From an uncultured Pseudomonadota bacterium (lineage in GTDB: Bacteria; Pseudomonadota; Gammaproteobacteria; Burkholderiales; SG8-39), in the NCBI GenBank assembly GCA_963739205.1, contig CAVTZJ010000005.1, positions 851,819 to 915,818 on the forward strand: a stretch of 64,000 nt of DNA, given 5' to 3'. The notes under the pieces were generated by a model that saw only the letters and a list, made by a program, of their open reading frames with translations, was not told the DNA's origin and ran no database searches. Each line of letters starts with the position of its first letter. The first letter of the stretch is position 1. The translations under genes were made by a program, and so were the position numbers. Positions 34,003-44,112 of this stretch are shown here, piece after piece.

Positions 34003-35136
34003 TTAGAGCAAGCCCCGGGCCGAGGCCCAGTACAGCTTGTTGTAGGCCATCTTGAACCAGTGCACCGCCCGCGTCGGCGCCTTCGGATCGGGCGGGTTCT
34101 GGTAATTGAACATGGCGTAAGTCGCCCGGTCCTTTCCGGCCTCTATGAAGCAGAACACTTTCCCGTCGTAGTCGCGCACCGGGGTACCTATCTTGACCAT
34201 CGCCGCGATGTTCTCTGCCAGCGCTTCCGCCTCGAAGTGGGCGGTCGAGCCCGCCTTGCTGATCGGCAGGTTGGTCGTGTCGCCGACGACGAACACGTTG
34301 TCGCGACCCTCCATGTTGAGGCGGTGCCGGTGCGTCGGGATGAACCCGCGCTGACCCAGGCCGTTCTTCTCGATCACCTCCATGCCGCGATGCGCCGGGA
34401 TGGTGATCAGCAGGTCGAATGCGGCCTCGGATCCTTCCTCGCTGCGCACCACCTTCTTCGCGCCGTCCACTTCCTTCATGTTGAACAGCGTCTCGTAGGT
34501 GATACCGAGCCGCTCCATTTCCGGCGTCGCCCACTTGGCGACGTTCTCTAGAGAATGTGTGCGCCCGATCGGATAGGTGTAGTGAATCTTGGTCTTGTCG
34601 AGGATGCCGCGGTCCTTGAAGTAGTCGTACAGCATGAACATGATCTCGAGCGGCGCCATGGGACACTTGTGCGGCACGCCGACCGCGATTACCACGCGAC
34701 CGCCCTGGAATTGCTGCAAGCGCTTGAACATCTTGAGCGCCGATTCTTCGGTGTAGAACTGCTCGGCGTTTTCGGCAAGACCGGGAATTTCGTTGGCGAC
34801 CGGGCGCGAGCCGGTGGCGATGACGATCACGTCGTAGCCGTAGGTCTTGCCGCTCTTGGCCGTGACCTGGTTCTTGTCCAACTCGAACTTCTCGACCGGA
34901 TCGACGTGAAATTCGATTCCCGGCTCCAGCAGGCTCCGCTGGTCGCGGTACAGCTCGTCGGGGGTCGCGCGCCCGACCGCCAGGTAAAGCAGCCCGGGCT
35001 GGTACATGTGCTTGTCGGAGGCCGACAGCATCGTGATGCGGGCCTTGCCGCCGCGCAGCTCGCCCGCAAGCCGACGCGCCAGGTTGTTCGCCAGAATCGT
35101 GCCCCCCATCCCCCCGCCTACCACCAGGATCTTCAT
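34003..35136 (-). CDS. Sulfide:quinone oxidoreductase-like FAD oxidoreductase
   Basis: GGGMGG FAD motif, HMYQPG, HKCPMAPLE, GDTTNLPISKAGSTAH and YDGKVFCFIE (two conserved Cys). Confidence 0.82.
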   Translation of the reverse strand: MKILVVGGGMGGTILANNLARRLAGELRGGKARITMLSASDKHMYQPGLLYLAVGRATPDELYRDQRSLLEPGIEFHVDPVEKFELDKNQVTAKSGKTYGYDVIVIATGSRPVANEIPGLAENAEQFYTEESALKMFKRLQQFQGGRVVIAVGVPHKCPMAPLEIMFMLYDYFKDRGILDKTKIHYTYPIGRTHSLENVAKWATPEMERLGITYETLFNMKEVDGAKKVVRSEEGSEAAFDLLITIPAHRGMEVIEKNGLGQRGFIPTHRHRLNMEGRDNVFVVGDTTNLPISKAGSTAHFEAEALAENIAAMVKIGTPVRDYDGKVFCFIEAGKDRATYAMFNYQNPPDPKAPTRAVHWFKMAYNKLYWASARGLL

Positions 35137-35173
35137 CGTCTCCTCCTCCGGTTAGCCATCATTCGCCGCGCCG

Positions 35174-35404
35174 TCACTTGGCTTTGCGCACCACCACGTG
35201 CCAGACGCCGTTTTCCTCTCTGGTTTCGAGGTGCTCGTGCTTGACCTTGTGGATCCACTCCGGGATCTCGTTGGCCGAGCCCTTGTCGGTCGACAGCACC
35301 TCCAGTTCGTCGCCGATCGAAGCGGCCTTCATCGCCGCGATCAGCTCCATCAGGGGTCCCGGGCAGAAGCTGCCCCGCGCATCCACCAGTTTCCTGGTCG
35401 TCAT
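35174..35404 (-). CDS. TusA/SirA family sulfur carrier
   Basis: 76 aa, with VDARGSFCPGP (CPxP) and LEVLSTD. Confidence 0.9.
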   Translation of the reverse strand: MTTRKLVDARGSFCPGPLMELIAAMKAASIGDELEVLSTDKGSANEIPEWIHKVKHEHLETREENGVWHVVVRKAK

Positions 35405-35431
35405 CGTCTTACGCCTCTCGTCGTGCCAATC

Positions 35432-35821
35432 TCAGAAGGACCAGACTTGCCCTTCGCTCGCATCGTCTAGGAACTTGGTCAGGCCCATCGCCTCGCCCAC
35501 ATAGGGCTCGAGGTCGCTCTGCTCGAGCTCGAGCACATCCATGGCCATCGAGCAAGGATAGATCTTCGCGTCGCCGAGTTCCACCGCGTTGGAGAACAGC
35601 TCGGTGAACGGCGGCGCCTTCTTCTGCGCCAGCAGCTCGCCGACCTTGCCTTCCGCTGGCGCGTCCTTGCCCTTGCCTTTGACGAAAAACGGCAACGCGT
35701 TCATCGACAGGAACACGCGGACGTCGCTTCCGCCCACCGCCCCCACCGACGCGACCATCGCCGCCATCTGCAGCCGCTCGCGGCTGCCGGATACCACCAT
35801 GATGCTCAACCGATTCGACAT
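35432..35821 (-). CDS. DsrE/DsrF/DrsH-like sulfurtransferase
   Basis: 129 aa, with VRVFLSMNA and KIYPCSMAM (conserved Cys); adjacent to TusA. Confidence 0.8.
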   Translation of the reverse strand: MSNRLSIMVVSGSRERLQMAAMVASVGAVGGSDVRVFLSMNALPFFVKGKGKDAPAEGKVGELLAQKKAPPFTELFSNAVELGDAKIYPCSMAMDVLELEQSDLEPYVGEAMGLTKFLDDASEGQVWSF

Positions 35822-35997
35822 GTCAGCCTCTTGTCATTCGCCCGCCCCAGCCGATGCATTATCCGAGGGCCCCTCCAGTCCGGTTATCAAGCGCGCTGAT
35901 ACCCCCATTCGCAGCCGTTCTGAGCCCCGCGCGCGACACGACATGATGGGGCAGCGGCCACTGGTCGCGTTGAGCCAGATCAAATAAATTCCCGACC

Positions 35998-36633
35998 ATG
36001 GACGCTTTGCTACTGGACCGGCTGGCGATCGCTGAGACGGTGCAGAACTGGGCGCTGTGGCGCGACGCGGGCGACTGGGAGCGCTTTCGCACGGTGTGGC
36101 ACGACGACGGCTGGATGACCGCAACCTGGTTCCAGGGACCCGCATCGCGTTTCATCGAGGTCAGCCGCGCGGGATTCGAGAAGGGCGTGAGCATCCTGCA
36201 TTTCCTCGGCGGCACGAGCATCGACCTGCACGGGGGGCGCGCGGTAGCGCAGACCAAGATGACGATCAGCCAGCGTGCCCTGGTCGACGGGGTGCCGGTG
36301 GACGTTGTGTGCACGGGGCGATTCTTTGATTTCTTCGAGAAGCGCGTCGAGCGCTGGGCGATCGTACGGCGACAGCCGATCTACGAAAAGGATCGCATGG
36401 ATCCCGTCGATCCCGGCGCGCAACTGTGTCTCGATGCAGCGCTCCTGGCACGTTTTCCGGAAGGCTACCGGCACCTTGCCTACCTGCAGTCGAAGAACGG
36501 CTTCACGATCAAGCTCGATCTGCCGCAGCTGAAGGGGCCGGTGGTGGAGCGCCTGTACGCCCACGGCCGCGCCTGGCTCGCGGGCGCGCCGTCTGCTTTC
36601 CCGGCCGACGATCCGCCGCGCCCGAGCGCGTGA
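35998..36633 (+). CDS. SnoaL-like/NTF2 family protein
   Basis: WALWRDAGDW, HFLGG, CTGRFFDFFEKR and IYEKDR. Confidence 0.75.
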   Translation: MDALLLDRLAIAETVQNWALWRDAGDWERFRTVWHDDGWMTATWFQGPASRFIEVSRAGFEKGVSILHFLGGTSIDLHGGRAVAQTKMTISQRALVDGVPVDVVCTGRFFDFFEKRVERWAIVRRQPIYEKDRMDPVDPGAQLCLDAALLARFPEGYRHLAYLQSKNGFTIKLDLPQLKGPVVERLYAHGRAWLAGAPSAFPADDPPRPSA

Positions 36634-36654
36634 GCGCGGCCGCCCGGCCCGCGA

Positions 36655-38364
36655 TCAACGCCCGAGGTGCTTGCCGAATTCCGAATCGAGCCCGAGGGCG
36701 TACGTCCCGAGCTGATCCGCCAGTTCGTCGGTGAGCGCTTCGGGCACGATGCTCAAGCGTGCGCGGCCGATCTTGCGCACATTTAGGAGGTCGATCGCGA
36801 TGCGTAGAGTGTCCAAGTCAGCGCGCAGGGTCACCTCGCAGGGAACCAGGCCGCTCAAGGTGAGCGTCGCGTGCGTGACCTGGCCGAAGTCGTTCCGCTT
36901 CGTCTCGCGCAGCTCGTAGGGCACGTTATGCCCGGCCAGGTATTCCTTGCAGCGCTGGATGTCCTGGCCCGCCAGGTCGATGGCCGGCGGCGGCGCATAG
37001 CGTGCCTTGAATCGCAGCACCACGTAGTCGCAGACGTGCGCGTCGTCGATCTTGTGCGTGCGGTAATCGGCAAACGCGTCCGAAAGCGTGGTGTGCGGCG
37101 ACTGTCGCAGGTAGACCATCTCGAGCGGATGCCCTGAAGTCGGCAGCACTCGATTGAGCTCAGCCGCGAATTCGGTGAAGTACTGGTAGGCGGTACGCAG
37201 GCTGCTATCGATACGCGCGACCGTCTCGGCGCGGCGTTGCGCTTGCTCCTCGACCGGACTGCGAGTCGCGGCGCGGCTGCGCAGCGTTTCGAGCGCGCCG
37301 ACGCGCCGCGCTGGGGCCTGCGCGTCGGCGTCACGCCGGCGCTCGAATTCCGCCTGCTTGTGCGCCTCCGACTCGGCCCAGCGCCGCAACGCCTCCCCCT
37401 TGCGCGCGCGCTGCTCGCGCTCGGCGCGCGAGCGCTCCTCCTGGGCCAGCTCGAAGTCGCGTGAGAACGCCTCGAGCTCTTGCAGCAGCTGGGCGCTCGA
37501 TTCGTCCGGGTCGGGAGCCGGCGCCGTGACGCTGTGCCCGGGGGCGCGGAAATTGCGCAGATCCTCGGCCATGTCGCCGGCGCGCGAATAGCGCTCGGCC
37601 GCGTTCTTAGCCAGCGCGCGCGCGAGGATCCGATCGAACACTGCCGGGATGCGCGGATCGAAGCGGGTCACCGGAACGTGCGGCTCGCGCGCGATGCGAT
37701 TCATGAGGTTCAGCGTCGTCGGCTCTCCGGGCCTTTCAAACGGCGTCTTGCCGGTGAGCATTTCGTACAGCACGGAGCCGAGCGAGAAAATGTCCGAGCG
37801 CGGATCGATCGGCAAGCCGAGCACCTGCTCGGGCGACATGTAGCGCGGCGAGCCAAGCGCGGTACCGACCTGCGTGACGTCCGACGAGGGCACGTAGGCC
37901 ACGCCGAAGTCGGTGAGCTTCGCGCGCCCCGAGGGCGAAACCATGACGTTGCCGGGCTTCACGTCGCGATGGACGATCGCGAAGCGCTGCGCGTGATCCA
38001 GTCCCTCGGCGATCTGCACCGCGAGATCGACCGCGGTCTCGAGCGGCAGGCGCTCTGGTGCGCGCAGCATCTGCTGCAGCGTGCGCCCTTCGATCAGCTC
38101 CATCGCGATGTACGCGATCTGGTCCTGCTCGCCGACATCGTAGATGGTGACGACGTTCGGGTGGTTGAGCCGCCCGGCGCTCTTCGCTTCGCGCAGGAAG
38201 CGTTCGCGCACCTCGTCCATGACCTCTTCGGGGAGGTCCGGGTTGAGCGTCTTGATCGCGACCTCGCGCTCGATCAGCGGGTCTTCCGCGCGATACACGA
38301 CGCCCATGGCGCCGCGGCCAAGTACGCCGAGTATGCGGTAGCGGCCGAGTCTCCCCTGGTCCAT
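36655..38364 (-). CDS. Hanks-type Ser/Thr protein kinase with uncharacterised C-terminal region
   Basis: LGRGAMGVV, VAIK, HRDVKPGN, DFG, YMSPE and DIFSLG; no TM helix. Confidence 0.92.
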   Translation of the reverse strand: MDQGRLGRYRILGVLGRGAMGVVYRAEDPLIEREVAIKTLNPDLPEEVMDEVRERFLREAKSAGRLNHPNVVTIYDVGEQDQIAYIAMELIEGRTLQQMLRAPERLPLETAVDLAVQIAEGLDHAQRFAIVHRDVKPGNVMVSPSGRAKLTDFGVAYVPSSDVTQVGTALGSPRYMSPEQVLGLPIDPRSDIFSLGSVLYEMLTGKTPFERPGEPTTLNLMNRIAREPHVPVTRFDPRIPAVFDRILARALAKNAAERYSRAGDMAEDLRNFRAPGHSVTAPAPDPDESSAQLLQELEAFSRDFELAQEERSRAEREQRARKGEALRRWAESEAHKQAEFERRRDADAQAPARRVGALETLRSRAATRSPVEEQAQRRAETVARIDSSLRTAYQYFTEFAAELNRVLPTSGHPLEMVYLRQSPHTTLSDAFADYRTHKIDDAHVCDYVVLRFKARYAPPPAIDLAGQDIQRCKEYLAGHNVPYELRETKRNDFGQVTHATLTLSGLVPCEVTLRADLDTLRIAIDLLNVRKIGRARLSIVPEALTDELADQLGTYALGLDSEFGKHLGR

Positions 38365-38489
38365 TCAACGCACGTTCTGCGAAAAGTCCGATTCCAGGCT
38401 GGTAATTTTTCTCTCCTGGCTGCGGTTAAGCTACTCTGAATTCCCCGGGGTCGGCAAGTGAGAATGCCACGGGACTGCGGGATAATTCC

Positions 38490-38915
38490 TCAGTCCGGCG
38501 CCGCCCGGTACACGATGCACTGCCCTTTGATGCAGATTCGCTCCGCCACGTCGCCCGGCCCCCTGGCGGCAACCCGCACTTCGAGGCGGCATACCGGCTT
38601 GCTGTCGTGCAACCAAACGACCTCGCCGTGCGCGCTCAGCTCGTCGCCGATGTAGGCCGGACCGACGTATTCCAGCTCCTGCTTGATGAACACGCTTCCA
38701 GGTCCGGGCATACGCTCGGCGACGAGCGCATTCAGCGCCCCGGCCGTGATGCCGCCGTGCACGATCAGCCGGCCGAAGGTCGTGGCCCTCGCGTACGCCT
38801 CGTCGAAGTGCAGCGGATTCGCGTCGCCGGTGATATCGCGGTACATGCGCACGTGCTCGGCTTCGATGCGCCGGTGCCAGACAGCCTTCTGGCCGAGCTT
38901 CAGGTCCAGCCTCAT
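38490..38915 (-). CDS. MaoC/PhaJ family dehydratase
   Basis: TGDANPLH and IVHG...MPGPG. Confidence 0.88.
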   Translation of the reverse strand: MRLDLKLGQKAVWHRRIEAEHVRMYRDITGDANPLHFDEAYARATTFGRLIVHGGITAGALNALVAERMPGPGSVFIKQELEYVGPAYIGDELSAHGEVVWLHDSKPVCRLEVRVAARGPGDVAERICIKGQCIVYRAAPD

Positions 38916-38944
38916 CTGTCCTCCTCGCTCACGACGCCCGCGAA

Positions 38945-38976
38945 GAAAAGAAAAAGCCCCTGCTTATGCAGGGGCT
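38945..38976 (-). terminator. Rho-independent terminator
   Basis: AGCCCCTGC/GCAGGGGCT stem with a 4-nt loop and a U-tract on the minus strand, after the SHOCT genes. Confidence 0.8.
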
Positions 38977-38994
38977 CCGCGGGTGCAAGCGCGC

Positions 38995-39207
38995 CTAGTT
39001 CTTGCGCCGCATCACCTTCTCACGCAAGCCGTCGTACTCCTTCTGATTGATGGCTCCTTCGTCCAGCGCCCTTTTCAGGTCCTCCAGCTCTTTGCCCTTG
39101 GAAACGGTCGAAATGTGCTGCTCGACCTCGGCTCCGCCGCCGCAGCCGGTGAACGCGAGCGGCAGGCCCAGGACGAATGCAATAGCGAGATTGCGCATGA
39201 TCCTCAT
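38995..39207 (-). CDS. Small lipoprotein with SHOCT-like C-terminus
   Basis: SD-like AGGGA, lipobox FTGC and ELEDLKRALDEGAINQKEYDGLREKV. Confidence 0.75.
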   Translation of the reverse strand: MRIMRNLAIAFVLGLPLAFTGCGGGAEVEQHISTVSKGKELEDLKRALDEGAINQKEYDGLREKVMRRKN

Positions 39208-39245
39208 GACGTGTCCCTTCGAATAGTATGGCCCAATGCCGCCGT

Positions 39246-39461
39246 TCATTTCGCGTTGTCGACGATCTCTTCGCGCAGCTTCCGGTACTCCGAATCTGAC
39301 ATCGAGCCCTTGTCGTGCGCGTTCTTGAGATCGATTAGCTGCTGACCTATGGACACCGTCGTCGTTGTGGTCCTAACTTCCGCACCACCTCCGCCGCACC
39401 CCGCCAGAACCAGCACAAGTGAAAGCGCGACGCCGGTAGCGCAACACTTAGCAGAACACAT
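39246..39461 (-). CDS. Small lipoprotein with SHOCT-like C-terminus (paralog)
   Basis: SD AGGAG, lipobox LAGC and QLIDLKNAHDKGSMSDSEYRKLREEI. Confidence 0.75.
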   Translation of the reverse strand: MCSAKCCATGVALSLVLVLAGCGGGGAEVRTTTTTVSIGQQLIDLKNAHDKGSMSDSEYRKLREEIVDNAK

Positions 39462-39545
39462 AACTCTCCTTTCCAGGATGGACAACCCGTTCATGCCTCA
39501 AACTAACACTATTGCGGATTATAGGCACGCTTACGGGAGTTCCAT

Positions 39546-40340
39546 ATGAATTTGAAGCTCGAGAACCGGTGCGCGCTGATTACCGGATCAACTGCCGGAA
39601 TCGGCTACGCAATTGCCCACGGCCTGACCGCGGAGGGCGCGCGGGTCACGCTCACGGGACGCAGCCAGGCCTCGGTCGACGCGGCGCTCGGCCGCCTGCG
39701 CGGCTTGCTGCCCAGTGCCCAGGCCGATGGCATCGCTGCCGACTGCGCTTCGGCGGAAGGCGCCGAGACCGTCTTCGCGCACGTGCCGGAGGTGGACATC
39801 CTGGTGAACAACCTCGGCATCTACGAGCGCAAAGCGTTCTTCGACATCCCGGACTCCGACTGGTTGCGCCTTTACGAGACGAACGTGCTGAGCGGCATAC
39901 GCTTCGCTCGCCGCTACGCGCCCGGCATGGCGAGGCGCGGCTGGGGTCGCGTGCTGTTCGTCTCGAGTGAATCGGCACTCAATATCCCGAAGGAGATGAT
40001 CCACTACGGCATGACGAAGACCGCGCAGCTCGCCGTGTCGCGAGGGCTTGCGATGGAGCTGGCGGGTACCGGGGTCACGGTCAACGCGCTGCTGCCGGGC
40101 CCGACCCGGACCGAGAATACCGAGCGCCTGCGCGCCGCGCGCGCCAGGGCCGCCGGCAAGTCGGTCGCTGAGATCGAGGCGGACTTCTTCACACACTTTC
40201 GTCCCACGTCCCTGCTCAGGCGCTTCACTTCCGCCGAGGAAGTCGCGAATCTGGCGGTCTACTTGTGCGGCGAGGGCGCCTCGGCCACGACCGGCGCGGC
40301 GCTGCGCGCCGACGGCGGCGTGGTGAACCAGATCATGTAG
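39546..40340 (+). CDS. SDR family oxidoreductase
   Basis: TGSTAGIG, NNLG and YGMTK. Confidence 0.9.
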   Translation: MNLKLENRCALITGSTAGIGYAIAHGLTAEGARVTLTGRSQASVDAALGRLRGLLPSAQADGIAADCASAEGAETVFAHVPEVDILVNNLGIYERKAFFDIPDSDWLRLYETNVLSGIRFARRYAPGMARRGWGRVLFVSSESALNIPKEMIHYGMTKTAQLAVSRGLAMELAGTGVTVNALLPGPTRTENTERLRAARARAAGKSVAEIEADFFTHFRPTSLLRRFTSAEEVANLAVYLCGEGASATTGAALRADGGVVNQIM

Positions 40341-40346
40341 CGCTGC

Positions 40347-41258
40347 TCAGCTGCCGATGCGGTTGCGCAGGACGCCGATGCCGGCCACCTCGGTCTCGAG
40401 CAGGTCGCCCGCCTTCAGGAACTCGGGCGGCGTGCGCGCGTGGCCGACGCCGGCGGGCGTGCCGGTCGAAATGACGTCGCCCGGCTCCAGGGTCAAGCCG
40501 GCCGACAGCTCGGCGATGATGCGCGGGATGCGGAAATACATATGGAGGGTGCTCGAATCCTGCTTGACCGCGCCGTTCACGCGACAGATGACGCGCAGCG
40601 CGTGCGGGTCGGGTACCTCGTCGGCGGTGACGATCCACGGCCCCATCGGACAGGTGCCGTCCAGGCTCTTACCCTTGAACCATTGCTGGCCGTGCTGACG
40701 CTGCACCTCGCGCGCCGAAATGTCGTTCACCACCGTGTAGCCGAAGACATGCTTCATGGCGTCGGCCTCGGCGATGTTGCGGCCGCCGCGTCCGATCACG
40801 ACGCCGAGCTCGACTTCCCAGTCGAGCTTTTCCGTGACGCCAGCGTGCAACGGAATTGCGTCGAACGGACCGTTCACCGCGGTTGGCGCCTTGGTGAAAA
40901 ATGCCGGATGCGCCGGCATCTCCTGCACCTGCGGCCGCGCCCGCGCACCCTCCTCGAAATGCTCCACGTAGTTCCAGCCGACGCAGAACACGTTCTTGCG
41001 CGGCCGCGGGATCGGCGCCAGCACGCGCAGCGCGCCCAGCGACGCGCCCTTTCCTGCGGCGCCGCGCGTGAGCTTGCGCAGCGCCGCGAGCCCTGCCCGC
41101 CCCGAGCCGATGAGCGATAGCATGTTGCCCGCATCGAAGGGCAGGCGCTGGCGCGCGCGCTTTGCCGCCGCGCCGACGTCTAGCACACGCTCGCCGCCGA
41201 GCAGCATCCCGACGCGCGTCGCGCCGCCGCGCCGCGGCCTGAAGGTGAGCAGACGCAT
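40347..41258 (-). CDS. Fumarylacetoacetate hydrolase family protein
   Basis: CVGWNY, DWEVEL, NDISAR, KGKS and TGTPAGVG. Confidence 0.9.
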   Translation of the reverse strand: MRLLTFRPRRGGATRVGMLLGGERVLDVGAAAKRARQRLPFDAGNMLSLIGSGRAGLAALRKLTRGAAGKGASLGALRVLAPIPRPRKNVFCVGWNYVEHFEEGARARPQVQEMPAHPAFFTKAPTAVNGPFDAIPLHAGVTEKLDWEVELGVVIGRGGRNIAEADAMKHVFGYTVVNDISAREVQRQHGQQWFKGKSLDGTCPMGPWIVTADEVPDPHALRVICRVNGAVKQDSSTLHMYFRIPRIIAELSAGLTLEPGDVISTGTPAGVGHARTPPEFLKAGDLLETEVAGIGVLRNRIGS

Positions 41259-41307
41259 GCGCCCATTGTCGCATTTTCCCGGATCGCGCCGGTGCGATAA
41301 TCGCCCC

Positions 41308-41952
41308 ATGAGCTCCGTCTACGTGATCGGCACGTCGTGCACGCGGTTCGGCAAGCTGCCGCACAAATCCTTCAAGGACCTCGCGCGCGAGGCCTACCTG
41401 CAGGTCCTCGCCGACCGGGTCGTGAGCTATCCGCTCACGCGCGCCATGTGCGCCCCGATCGGTGACGGCGCCGCGGCGGCGCTCCTGTGCTCGGAGCGCT
41501 TCCTCGCCTCGCTCCCTGCGCGCGTGCGCGAGCGTGCGCTCAAGGTGCGCGCGAACACGCTCTCGGGCGGTAAGTATCGCGCTGCCGGCATTGCGCCATC
41601 GGACCTCGATCTCGCCGAGGTGCACGACGCGACCTCGTTCTGCGAGCTGTACCAGTGCGAGATGCTCGGCTTCTGCGAGCCCGGCGAAGGCGGCTGCTTC
41701 GTCGATTCGGGCGCGACCGCGCTCGGCGGCAAGCTGCCGGTCAATCTCTCCGGAGGACTCGTCTCCAAGGGCCACCCGGTCGGCGCCACGGGCCTGTCGA
41801 TGATCCACGAGCTCGCGACGCAACTGCGCGGCGAGGCGGGTGAGCGTCAGGCGCGCGGCGCGCGCCTTGCGCTTGCCGAGAACGGCGGCGGGGTGATCGG
41901 CTTCGACGAGGCGGCCTGCTCGATCATCATCCTCGAGGGACCGGGCCGGTGA
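41308..41952 (+). pseudogene. Internally deleted SCP2-type thiolase (open frame, 214 aa)
   Basis: The thiolase N-terminus (VIGTSCTRFGK) is joined directly to the mid-protein PLTRAMCAPIGDGAAA. It retains EVHDA and GHPVGATG, but the N-terminal catalytic Cys region is absent. Confidence 0.65.
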
Positions 41953-42740
41953 ACTTCGCCGGGTGCATGGCGGTGGTGACCGGCGCGGGCTCGGGAATCG
42001 GGCGCGCCACTGCGCTCATGTTCGGCGCGCGCGGTGCGGCGGTCGCGGCGGTCGATCTCGACCCCGTTTCTGCGCGCGAGACCGCCGAGCTGATTGTGCG
42101 CGCCGGCGGGCGCGCGGCGGACTACGCGGCGGACGTGAGCAAGGCCGCCGCACTCGACGAGACGGTGACCAACGCGATCGCCGAGCTCGGACCGCTCGAG
42201 ATCCTGTTCAACAACGCGGGCATCCTGGATGGCTACTTCGATGTGCACGAGCTCGACGAGTCGATCTGGCGACGCGTACTCGATATCGATCTGACCGGGG
42301 TGTTCCTCGGCTGCAAGCGGGCACTGCGCGAGATGCTGCCGCGCGGCCGCGGCCGCATCGTCAACATGGCCTCCGTGGCAGGGTTGAACGGCACAGGCGG
42401 TGGCGCCGCCTACATCGCAGCAAAGCACGGCGTAGTCGGACTCACGCGCCAGATGGCAGTGGCCTACGGCGCGCGCGGCATCCGCGTGAATTGCGTCTGT
42501 CCCGGCGCGATCCCGACCGGGCTGCGCGCCCATTCGCAGGCGATCCTCGGGGCCGGGGTTCCAGACATGAGCAAGCGCGGTGTCGCGGTAAACGACGACC
42601 AGGTGCGCGCGCTGGTGCCGGTCGGCACGCGTGGCACCGCGGAAGACATCGCCGCCGCCGTATGCTGGCTCGTTTCGGACGAAGCAAATTACGTCAACGG
42701 CCACGCGCTCGTGGTCGACGGCGGCTGGCGCGCGAAATAG
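41949..42740 (+). CDS. SDR family oxidoreductase
   Basis: [17 protein letters not shown] and VDGG. Confidence 0.9.
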   Translation: MNFAGCMAVVTGAGSGIGRATALMFGARGAAVAAVDLDPVSARETAELIVRAGGRAADYAADVSKAAALDETVTNAIAELGPLEILFNNAGILDGYFDVHELDESIWRRVLDIDLTGVFLGCKRALREMLPRGRGRIVNMASVAGLNGTGGGAAYIAAKHGVVGLTRQMAVAYGARGIRVNCVCPGAIPTGLRAHSQAILGAGVPDMSKRGVAVNDDQVRALVPVGTRGTAEDIAAAVCWLVSDEANYVNGHALVVDGGWRAK

Positions 42741-42753
42741 GGAAGGCGCAGGG

Positions 42754-44112
42754 TTAATCGGTCCACACCCTGAGTGGCATTCCGCCGCGCGGGACGAGCG
42801 TGACGCGCGCGACCGGCAGCGGCTCGTGACCCTCGAGCGGGGCAAAGCGCGCTCGCTGCAGAAGAGTGGCGAGCATTGCGGTGGCTTCGAGCATCGCGAA
42901 CGCCATGCCGATACAGATGCGCGGCCCCGCGCCGAACGGCATGTACTGGTAGCGCGGGATCTGCGCCTCCTTCGCCGGTGCGAAGCGCTCCGGATCGAAC
43001 GCGTCGGGATCGCTCCACCGGGTGCGGTGCCTGTGGATGGCGTAGATCGACATCACGACGGAGGTCCCGGCGGCAATCGAATGAGGGCCGAGCTGCGCCT
43101 CGGCAACCGCCTGGCGCGTCATCATCGGCACCGGCGGGTAGAGCCGCATGCTCTCCTTGAGAACCTGCTGGACGAGCACCAGTCGATCGATGTCCCCGGC
43201 CGAGACTGCGGCGCCGCCCGTGACGCGCGCGACTTCGTCCTTCAGCGCCGCAGTCCAATGCGGCGAGCGCGCCAGGAGATAGAGCGTCCAGGTGAGCGCC
43301 TTCGCCGTCGTCTCGTGCCCAGCGAGATAAAAAGTGAGCAGGTTGTCGATAAGCTGCTCGTCGTTCATCGCGTGCCCCGTATCGGGATCGCGCGCGCGCA
43401 TAAGGCTCTGCATCAGATCGTGCGGCTCGAGGCCGCTCGCGCGCCGCTCGGTCAGCAGCCGGCCGACCGCCGCGCGCAGCGCGAGCACCGCGCGCCGATT
43501 TGCCCGCTGGCGGGGCTGGGGCAGCCAGCGCGGCAACCTGGCGAGAGCGTACAACTGGGACCACGCGCCCGTCCTCTGGAAGTTCGCGGTGGAATGCTCG
43601 ATCGCGTCCATGACCTGCGCGTCGGCCATCGGCAGCAGCGTCGTCGAGATGACCTGGAACGTGACGTGCGTCATATCGCGCTCGATCGCCTGCACGGCGC
43701 CCTGCGGCGCGGCGCGCCAGCGAGCGACGACGTCCTCTGCCGCGCGCACGAAGTTCGGCACGAAGTTCGCGAGCTCCTGCTGCCGGAACAGCGGAGCGGC
43801 GGTCTGGCGCTGCCACTTCCAGTCCGCACCCTCGCTCGTGAGAATACCCTTGCCGAGCAAAGGGCCGAGCACCCGGATCTGCGCCAGCTTGTGGAACTTT
43901 TCGCGCTCGTCGAGCAGCACCGTCTTGACGAACGCGGGCGCGGTTATCCAGGCGAGCGCCGCCCTGCCGCCGCGATACGGGACGAAGTCCTGTTCATAGA
44001 CCGCCTGTGGAATGACCTGCAGCGGATTGCGCACGAACTTGGCCACGAACGCCGGACCGACCGGCGCGCGCCGCGGCGGCGCGACGTGAGGGGGCACGAG
44101 GCGGGCGTCCAC
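42754..44112 (-). CDS. Cytochrome P450
   Basis: I-helix AGHETT, ExxR (ESMR), PERF and heme motif [10 protein letters not shown]. Confidence 0.95.
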   Translation of the reverse strand: MDARLVPPHVAPPRRAPVGPAFVAKFVRNPLQVIPQAVYEQDFVPYRGGRAALAWITAPAFVKTVLLDEREKFHKLAQIRVLGPLLGKGILTSEGADWKWQRQTAAPLFRQQELANFVPNFVRAAEDVVARWRAAPQGAVQAIERDMTHVTFQVISTTLLPMADAQVMDAIEHSTANFQRTGAWSQLYALARLPRWLPQPRQRANRRAVLALRAAVGRLLTERRASGLEPHDLMQSLMRARDPDTGHAMNDEQLIDNLLTFYLAGHETTAKALTWTLYLLARSPHWTAALKDEVARVTGGAAVSAGDIDRLVLVQQVLKESMRLYPPVPMMTRQAVAEAQLGPHSIAAGTSVVMSIYAIHRHRTRWSDPDAFDPERFAPAKEAQIPRYQYMPFGAGPRICIGMAFAMLEATAMLATLLQRARFAPLEGHEPLPVARVTLVPRGGMPLRVWTD

